From NCBI RefSeq assembly GCF_006345805.1, contig NC_043000.1, forward strand, positions 25,172,001 through 25,236,000: a stretch of 64,000 nt of DNA. The letters run 5' to 3'. Position numbers and translations under genes: made by a program. This document shows, piece by piece, positions 55,141 through 64,000 of this stretch (position 1 is its first letter; each line of letters begins with the position of its first letter). Under the pieces are notes generated by a model that saw only the letters and a list, made by a program, of their open reading frames with translations, made no database searches and was not told the DNA's origin. This DNA comes from Octopus sinensis. Its lineage: Eukaryota.

Positions 55141-56682
55141 TAGATTTTGATGGCCTCTTCCACCACTGGAAGCTGGTCTTCATCTGCCACGATGATGGAG
55201 ATGTCATCCATGTACGCCGTAGCTCCTCTTGCATACCATAGATTATGCGGTGCGCCCCCTAGTGCCTCCAATTTCCGCAGCAAAGGTTCAAGAGCCAACA
55301 CATATAGAAGCGGGGACAGGGGACAGCCCTGACGAACTGAACGCCCGATCCTGAACGGCTTCGAAAAAAACCGTTCACCTTGACGACAGACTCGATGTCG
55401 CTATAAAAAGCAGCGATCCAACCTCGAAAGGTCGGGCCCAGGCCAGCCTCCCCGAGGACCGCTGCCAAGTACCGATGGTCGACCCTATCAAATGCATTAG
55501 ACTGGTCTAAATGTACCAGTGCACCCCCTGCGCCAGAAAGCTTCCCTACCCTCTCTAAGGAGTAGCGTACAAGGTGGAGATTGTCGTGTATCGTCCTGCC
55601 CGGGATAGCGCATGTTTGCGCTTCCCCGACAAGTTTGTCTACGACCCGAGCCAACCTTTTCGCTAGCACCTTGGCCAAAATCTTTAACTCTGTGTGCAGC
55701 AGAGTTATGGGCCTGAAGTTCCCTATCTCGTCCTCCTTGTTCGGGTCCTTCCTGATCAATGCCACCACTCCCGGCTCGCAGGCTTGGGAACTCTCCCATT
55801 CTGCTGCCAATTGGCGACGACGCTAGCCAGCAGGTGCCAGAACAAGTCTGGCATACTTTTATAAAACTCATAGGGCAGACAATCGAGACCCGGCGACTTC
55901 TCCCAACACCTCGATTACTTCCTCGGCTGTGATTGGCCCCTCACAGCACTCAGCCTCTCGTGCCGAGAGACGCGGGCCACCAGACAGGAAGTCCTTAAGG
56001 GCCTCAACATGATCCAGCGTCCCGCACCTCCCGAACAACTCGGCGAAGTGCTTGTGAAGTAGCTCACACATCTCGTCCCGCTCCTTGATCGTGCATCCGT
56101 TTTCGTCAACTAGAGACCTAATTGTGGCATCGTTGCCACGCTGGGTTTCTATCGTACGGGCCCATCCGGCAACATTAATTCCCTCACGGCCCAATGCTCG
56201 CACTTTAGCTCGAACTCTACACCCCTCATGATTAGTTTTGAGGTGACGGTCTAATGCCGTTCTCGCCACCAAAATGTGAGATGCAGAGCCCAACCTCAAC
56301 GTCTCCTCTAAGTTCTTAACTAATTGCCATTCTATTCTATCCCTGTTTAGTCTTAGTTGCTTACTAAACCTAATGGACTCGAATCGAATGGCTCTTTTGA
56401 GGGCGAACCACCACAGTATGGTCAGTATAGGACACCTGGACAAGCTGTGGACAACTAAAACTAGACTTATCTCTAGTTCTTATCACTATCCTATCTAGAT
56501 AGACTTGAACCTTCTGTCGCCGCTCATCCAGGTCTACTCTGAGACGTTCGGATGGTCGAGTCTGTAACGATCTGCCAGCTGAAACCGCTTAAGCAGATCA
56601 ACGAGACGTGAGTTTACTTTTCTATGGATCGAGCCAACACTATCGATGTGTACGTCAACGATAGCATTAAAGTCCCCTAATA
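55141..56682 (-). mobile_element. L1/Tx1 ORF2 remnant (C-terminal half of APE endonuclease, linker, RT up to YMDD), decayed
   Basis: LGDFNAIVD, YLDRI..TDH, CEGPITAEEV, RPITLLHTELKILAK, LDQSNAFDRVDH, AYMDDISIIV; truncated after EEAIKIY. Confidence 0.9.
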
Positions 56683-56702
56683 TATATATATATATATATA
56701 TA

Positions 56703-57427
56703 AAAATACAGTGTACATTTAAACACATAAGAGATGACCATAATAGGACATCTGACTCAGTAGAAAGAGCAGTTAAAACTCCAAGCCACTAATAGTTGCA
56801 ATTCTGAAAGGGAATGAAAAATAAAAAAAACATTTACCCTATAATTAAGGAACAGGCACCCGAATGCCTTATGGAAAATTGTGGACTTGCCAAACTATAT
56901 GAAGAGAGAAGAGAAGAAGGGGACAGATCCACGTATGGTGAGGTCAGCCCCAAAATCTCCAAAGAAATCTAAGTAGAACTTTTACTTTTTGTAACGGTGT
57001 CTCTTAACCTTGGTTGTTTAAATGTGCGTGGTCTGTGTTCGAAGTGGAAGCAGGCTTGTTTCCTCGACGACCGCAGATCACATGATATACATGTGATGGT
57101 TGCTACAGAGACCAAGCTGAACAGTCTACAAACCTTCTCGCCTCTCCTGAATGGCTACGAGAAAATCATGTCTCCTGGCCAGACCGGATGGCGAGGGGGT
57201 GTAGTGGTACTGATCCGTAAAGGCTTGGCTCTGCAGACAAGTACAGTGTATGTGGACCCTGAAGGTGGGCTGGTCGTCCTTGATGTGACATACAGCAGTA
57301 AGGCCTTCAGGTTGATCGGACTCTATGCACCTTGTGCTAGAGGTTTTCAAACTGATTTTTATCGGCGCCTAGAGGGCTTTCTCGTGACGTCGAAGACATT
57401 AGTGGTATTAGGGGACTTTAATGCTAT
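56703..57427 (+). mobile_element. Inverted 5' segment of the same LINE (probable ORF1 end + N-terminal half of the endonuclease)
   Basis: LNVRGL, ATETK, GGVVVL, LIGLYAP, LGDFNA; TATTAGGGGACTTTAATGCTA shared with 56662-56682 in opposite orientation. Confidence 0.85.
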
Positions 57428-57820
57428 ATATGTGTACACATATATATATCATGGACAAAATATGTGTGACAACAAACGAGGTATACTTCAAAATCGTTGG
57501 GATTAGAGGACTATATTTAATAAAGGATACAGATACGGAAACTGACATTCAGGACTTAAGTTCCTGAGTTATCAATTCAATGATCTTAAAAATATAAATT
57601 TAAAATAAAAATAAGAAATAAGAAGTTAGAAATAAAAACTTTGAAAATAATATTAAAAAAAAAAAAAAAAAAAAAATCTGTATAAAAGTTTGACTTACAT
57701 TGAAAGGTAGAAGATTAAAAGATGAAAATTAAAATTAAAGCTTAAAATATGAAGCAAAGGTTGAGTTCGAAAATGAAACATGTTAAGTCTTAAAAGGTGT
57801 GATAAAAAATGAAATACATA

Positions 57821-58715
57821 CAGGGTGAGTGGAAAGTAACTAGACATTAGAAATTGCTTATAGACTTTTTAGTATCACTGAAGTCATGACAAAATCATTT
57901 TTTAAACATACAGCACCAATGGAGATTTCTTTTATTTTTATTGTCTTTTTGTCTTATTTCTTATTTTCCAGATGGTCGGTTGCTTGACTGTTCAGGTGCG
58001 AGCTAAGATAGCAGAAATCTATGAAGTGTGGAATTCCATTGTTTTGGTTCAGAGATGGTGACGTGCATGGAAAGGTAAGCATGTAATTCTACGTCCGGAA
58101 ACAATGAAATGCCGTCATGCAAAGCTGACGACCACGGACGGGCTCTATGAAAGGTGCAAGAAAAAGTGGCCGTCCAACCACATCCCGATCAGCAGAGAAC
58201 GTGGCAATAGTGCAGGAAATGTTTTATCGCAGCCCGCAAAAATCAACACGTGAAGCAACTCGTGGAAGTGGACTAACAAGACACACAATACGTACGGTGT
58301 TGCATAAAGAATTGAATTTTCGTCCGTGGAAATCCCACTACATGCAGGAGCTAAAACTTCAAGACTGTGCCCGCAGAAGTTCAGAAATCCAAAACTCCAA
58401 GAAGTCTAGATCTCACTCCACGTGATTTTTTACCATCGGGGTTACACAAAAGAGGAAGTGTACAAGACAAAACTAGACATGGCATCAGAAGGTTCTCAAC
58501 GATATCCCAGACGACGTCCCTCAGAAGGTTGTTCATTCCAGCCTTGGCCGTTTGAGGAAATTGGTTGACGCCACTGGTGCTACGTTGAAATATGAAGATT
58601 TACTTTCATTTTCCCATGTAATAAAGAACGTATAACATTTGTTTCAATAAATTTGTAAAAGGAATATGGATTTTATTACCAATTTTTAATGCCAACTTAC
58701 TTTACACTCACCCTA
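57821..58715 (+). mobile_element. Internally deleted Tc1/mariner-superfamily element
   Basis: TA|CAGGGTGAGTGGAAAGTAACTAGACATT versus the reverse complement of AATGCCAACTTACTTTACACTCACCCTA|TA; HTH remnant KSGRPTT..RSPQKSTR..QELK and SLDLTPRDF (SPDLTPCDF-like). Confidence 0.8.
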
Positions 58716-58985
58716 TACATACACACTCATGACCAAACTCACATGTATGCATTCATATATGTGTGTGTGTGTATGTGTAATGGCTGTAAATAGTGACTTC
58801 ACACAAATACGTTGCTTCCCGATACAGGCACAAGGCCAGCAGAACTATAAATATTGAAAATTGTACCCACACACACACACATATATACACGCGCGCGCGC
58901 CCCAACATACATATAAACACACACGCGCGCGCGCGCACACACACACATACATACATACAGCTCTCCCTGTTCTAAACGAACTTAC

Positions 58986-59100
58986 TTATCCAGTCAAGCG
59001 GAAAATACACTCCCTAACTACGCGCTAAAAAGCTATTTAAAATATCCACATGACGTCTACTGACCAGCTGAACAATAAGAATTTTCAACAACACTATTTT
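58986..59100 (-). other. Candidate non-coding first exon ending at GATAA|GTAAGT
   Basis: GTAAGT donor at 58985-58980, next to a promoter-like module; upstream boundary unknown. Confidence 0.3.
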
Positions 59101-59310
59101 CGAAAATTCTAAACATTCACGTGACCTTTATTATGGCCAATAAGAAATTTTAGGCGGGACACTAGCCAAATTTTAACTTCTCTGGAGCCTTTTTTCTTAC
59201 CCCAACACCAACTTCCATTCAAACATTCACGTGACCCCTTCATAATGACCAATCAAAATTTTAGGCGCGAAACCAGCAAATCCAAAACAACTCTGGAGCC
59301 TCTTTTTTTC
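59040..59310. promoter_or_regulatory. Tandemly duplicated E-box + CCAAT + E2F-like module (110-bp period)
   Basis: CACGTG 59118 and 59228; CCAAT 59137 and 59249; GGCGGGAC 59153 and GCGCGAAA 59265; CTCTGGAGCC 59180 and 59291; TGACGTC near 59050. Confidence 0.5.
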
Positions 59311-59467
59311 ACATATAAGAGACAGACTCTAATCTCTCTTTTATATTTTGATAAGCATAACAAATGCGCAACCGGTAAAAAGAACTTTCACCTAATTAAA
59401 TTACTTAAATTACTTCAATATTTTCAGCATTTTCTTCATTTCCTTTTTTATATATATATTATATATG

Positions 59468-59593
<126 letters not shown>

Positions 59594-59596
59594 ATA

Positions 59597-59628
<32 letters not shown>

Positions 59629-60687
59629 CGCACACAAGCATACACGCTCACATGCTCATACAAACATTTAACGTATATAAGAATCAATTTCATCTTATTT
59701 AAATAGTAAATATGTTAAGCTGTATTTACTCAGGCACAAAATTACGAATATAATGTGACCACTACGTTATATATCTAAAAATCAATGATATAATTTTTAT
59801 ACCCGACCATAATGCTATCTGAAAATTTCGCATTAGGTGTATCTCTGAAATATCTCGCATTATATACCAGGATGTGTGGTGTGTGTGTGTGTGTGCTTGT
59901 GAAGGGTAAGTTATGTGATTTAGTTGATTGAGCGATGAAGGAAAAAAAATTAATAAAAATGGAGAATGGAATTATTGTAATCGATCGATAATTAAAACAA
60001 AAACTAAATAACTGTTATTTAAATTCTTGATTAGTTAAACTGTAGTCACTGGAAGACCAATAAAAAACATTGTAACTAAATATATTTGAAACTGCGCTCT
60101 GTACGAGATTAATGCAGAAATTGGGTAACTGACAAATGTTCGAAAACGCTTTGGTTGCGGGGAACCACAAGATTTAAATATTTGAGTAAGTACGGAAACT
60201 GTAATATCTGAGGTGTTTATTGAGTAGCAATAGGAAAAACAGAGAAGAAATCGTCGAAAGATTTGTAGATATGCATGTAATGCTATAGACTTGAAGTGGT
60301 ATGAAATTACTGCGTTATCACAGTTTTTAAAAGTGAATTAGTGGTTAAACTGCAGTATAATTTTTTCAGAGTAAGACATGCTTGTAAGTCTATCTTACGA
60401 TTCTGTTTACACAATGGATAATGTTTCTATTTATAGATGTGTGTGTGTGTGTGTTTGTGTGTGTGTATAAATGAACGAATGGGTTATCTGGTATCGTTAG
60501 GATTGCTTCGTTTCGTTAAGAACCGTTATTGTGACGCAAACATGGTACTGTCAATTATGCAGTATACAGAACAGCCCCAAGATTACGTAATATGGTATAC
60601 AAATCCCAACTCATTAGGGTTCCAAAATAAGCAAAGGAGCAACGACATGATTAATGAACAGATCATCCACAAGTGATAACTGGTTTC

Positions 60688-60771
<84 letters not shown>

Positions 60772-61068
60772 GTGTGTGTATGTATATATGGGTACAGGAC
60801 GTCACCAATTGTGTAAACAACATGAAATACGAAAAGAAACAAGTTAAATACACAAACAATGAGAGAAAAAGAAAAGGAAAACAGAACAAGTTACACAAAG
60901 AACGACCCTTCATCAATTTTCGGCTGTCTACCTACTCCTTCTCATTTCGAACATTCAACGACAGCATGTGTCTTCAAAGACAGTTGATCCTATAAATTCT
61001 AAAATAAAATTTAGGATTTATGGAGGGTCCTTAGACCAGAACGAGAGGAAAATAGTGAACGCTGGGAG

Positions 61069-61136
<68 letters not shown>

Positions 61137-61257
61137 ATAAAAACGGTAAGACAACAAAAGAATGAAAGAGACCTCGATATTATGTAGAGGAATTTATCTG
61201 TAAATGTAATATGTGACAATTATTCTGTAGCCATGATAAAACTTCGAGTTTCGGATG

Positions 61258-61503
61258 CCAAGGTGGAAATCCACGCCGCCATCTCTTCAGTTATCTGGCC
61301 ACCGGAAAAAATGCTATGAAAAATGACCGTTATACAAAGGGAAATTACTGTGTGATTGACCGTTATTAAGACAAAAAAGTTATTAGAATGACCGCTAAAT
61401 GAGGAAACGGGGTAAAAGTAAGAAGGTAAAGAGTTCATAGTATTCGCGTAAGCGCGCATGTTCATACCTACACATGCTTGCCCGGCGTGGATTTCCACCT
61501 CGG
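61258..61503. mobile_element. MITE with 21-bp TIRs
   Basis: CCAAGGTGGAAATCCACGCCG / CGGCGTGGATTTCCACCTCGG|TA. Confidence 0.7.
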
Positions 61504-61547
61504 TATACACACACACACATATATATATATGTATATATGTAGGTATG

Positions 61548-61579
<32 letters not shown>

Positions 61580-61624
61580 ATATTATATATATATATATAT
61601 AATATATATATATATATTATATAT

Positions 61625-61626
61625 AT

Positions 61627-61704
<78 letters not shown>
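61625..61704. repeat. (TAGA)n array with no insertion
   Basis: Direct reading. Confidence 0.95.
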
Positions 61705-62523
61705 CCTTGATGTACTTCTAACTAGGCAATATTTAAAAAATCTGAAAATCTTTTTCCAACTCTTTGTAGCAACGGCTATATCTTGCCAAGTTTAAATTCA
61801 GAGAATCCAAGCTGCCTTTGTATCTGTTTTCAAAACACCATACAGGGATAATTTAGTCCGAGATGTATCGAAGTGTATTGTTATTTAACTGTTGAAAATA
61901 TAAATGTATAATAAAATATTATTATTTGAAGAGAAATTCAATAAACTATTAATAGTTATGCGAAATTTATAATGTTATGTACATAGATACGCACATCAAT
62001 TACGTCGAGGTGAGTCCAGTTATTATTATTTTTTTGTTGTAATGAGATATATGTGTTATGTTGTGTAATTTTAATATTGTAAAGAAGAAGTAATCAGAGA
62101 AATGTATTGTTGTCAAAACATAATTTAAAATAAATGAAGTGAATATGGGAACGGTAGTTCGTAAAAATATATCTATACTTATATTGATGTTTTCTGGCTG
62201 AATGAGACCATTAATATTGTAAGTGATAATTAAGAGATCTCACATAGAAATGCTGGAGGAGAGTAGTATTAGAAACTTAAAGTTGTGTTTGTAAGAAGAA
62301 AAAAAAAAACGTTAGTTGGTAATATAATTATAGTTAAATATAAGTTATCTTGATGTTCAACAAATGATGAGATAATATTTATGCCGTTATGTATCTAATT
62401 ATATTAGAGTGGTGTCGACGTGTATGTGTATGTATGCATGCATCTATGTATGCATACATGCATGCATGCATTCATACATTATATATACATATATACACGT
62501 AGCTATATAAGTATGTAGTTATT

Positions 62524-62559
<36 letters not shown>

Positions 62560-64000
62560 TGTGTGCATTTGTGTGTGTGAACAGCATGAGACAAATCTAT
62601 GTGTTTATACGGATTACTGAGTGTGTCCTGAATACCATGTCTCCCATGGTTATAAGGAAGAAGTTCGCGCGTATTTAAAATTTGGTCAAAGGTATATTTA
62701 GTGCAGATAGCGTGAAAAAGAGAAGATTATAGTTGAACTGTGATAGAAGTTTGTTGCAGTGGGTGTAGATAAAGCTAAACATATGATTTAGAGTATAACG
62801 AAGACTGGCTCGTTGAACTAAAATTTAGATATCAATATTTGATTCTGGTGTAAGAGTCGGTGATTGGGAGGTGGTTAACGGTGTCTTAGGAATAATCCGA
62901 AACATGGTACATAAGCCTGTAATGTTAAGCTTGAAGAAAGTGGTATGGCGTATGTAATAAATATTAGCGTTATAGGTGGAAGGTCAGAAAGGAAGAAATG
63001 CTAAAAATGTTGAAATTTATAATTATAATGTAGTTTAGAACAATGACACACAGTGTACGCTGGTTATTAGTTTCCTAGGAATAGTAATGAAAAATTGAGA
63101 ATTTGGTGCCTGATATTAACTGAATGGGAAAGTGACATGAGACATATATAGTAACTTTAACTGCTCTGGGTTGTAGAGTAGGGAAAATCGCATTCATATT
63201 TAGAACTATAATGCAGCTTAGTGCGAAGATATTGTGAGTTTAGGTCTTTTCGGCACAAAAAAAGAAAAACCTATATAAAATATCAAATGCGGAAGTGTGA
63301 AATTTCACTGGCTGTCACTAGTAGGAAGTGATGTGTATATCTATCCTTTAGGATAGAACAATGATTTGATTTTAAATGCGTTATGCAATCAAAAGGAAAT
63401 ACGTTCAGAGTGGTAGTTTTGTAAAGATATAAAATCTCTCTGGTGTATATAGTTTGGTACGCTTATTCTATTGCTAATATAAGATTTAATGGAATAGAAT
63501 GCCCTCTATTTCAAGTTCTAATTAATAGTTTCCAGTTTTAGGTTTCATATAAAATTTTTAAATGACGTGTCGTTGCATTTATCCTGATTACCAAAAGTGT
63601 ATGAATGTAAGTGGTATCGTAATTTGAAGAGATTCACAGGCATTGTTAAGTTAATTTCTGCAGTAGCTCGGTATGTTATATCTTGAATTTTGTCATTACA
63701 TTATGGTGAAAATTTGGGAAAATTTGTGCTGATACAATTGTAACTAAAGCTGAATTAATGATAGTCCATTTTAGTTTGGATTAATTAGGGTACTTAAATT
63801 TTGTGCGAGATTTTTTTATAATAGAATTTAATGTTTTAACATAAAGTTTAGGAGATGAAAATGTTTATTCAATTTATTATAAAATATTTCTAAGACTAGT
63901 GAGACTGCAGCAAGATAACATGGCAGAGTAAACCATATTGTATTTCTTTTTCGCTGTTATTATAAATTGGCCTTTATTTTCTATATATTGTATGTACTGA

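Noticed and set aside
62000-64000. Possible decayed Penelope/LINE ORF on the minus strand
   Set aside because: No convincing RT or GIY-YIG motif by manual translation.

Overview
AT-rich, repeat-saturated eukaryotic DNA. The mix of tRNA-derived SINEs and the (TA)n/(TAGA)n/(AAT)n/(CA)n load resemble octopod cephalopod DNA (inference, not verified). I find no intact protein-coding gene, and almost all ORF-track entries are microsatellite artefacts. Recognisable content: three L1/Tx1-type LINE remnants (one young copy with a 15-bp TSD inside a (GATA)n array, one old copy, one with an inverted 5' part), an R4/Dong-like RLE LINE 3' half, Tc1/mariner remnants and MITEs, a TTAA-flanked piggyBac-type shell, five non-autonomous Helitrons (one encoding 23-aa STPR-like repeats), a Helentron-type element, five tRNA-SINE families (labelled A, B, C, D, F here), an unclassified repeat E and a 5S rRNA pseudogene. 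Worth a second look: five diverged inverted duplications built from unrelated repeats, a duplicated E-box/CCAAT/E2F promoter-like module with a minus-strand donor, a candidate 12-nt microexon followed by UGC repeats, and a pre-miRNA-sized hairpin. Coordinates were read by eye and repeat boundaries are approximate. No database search or RNA folding was run.
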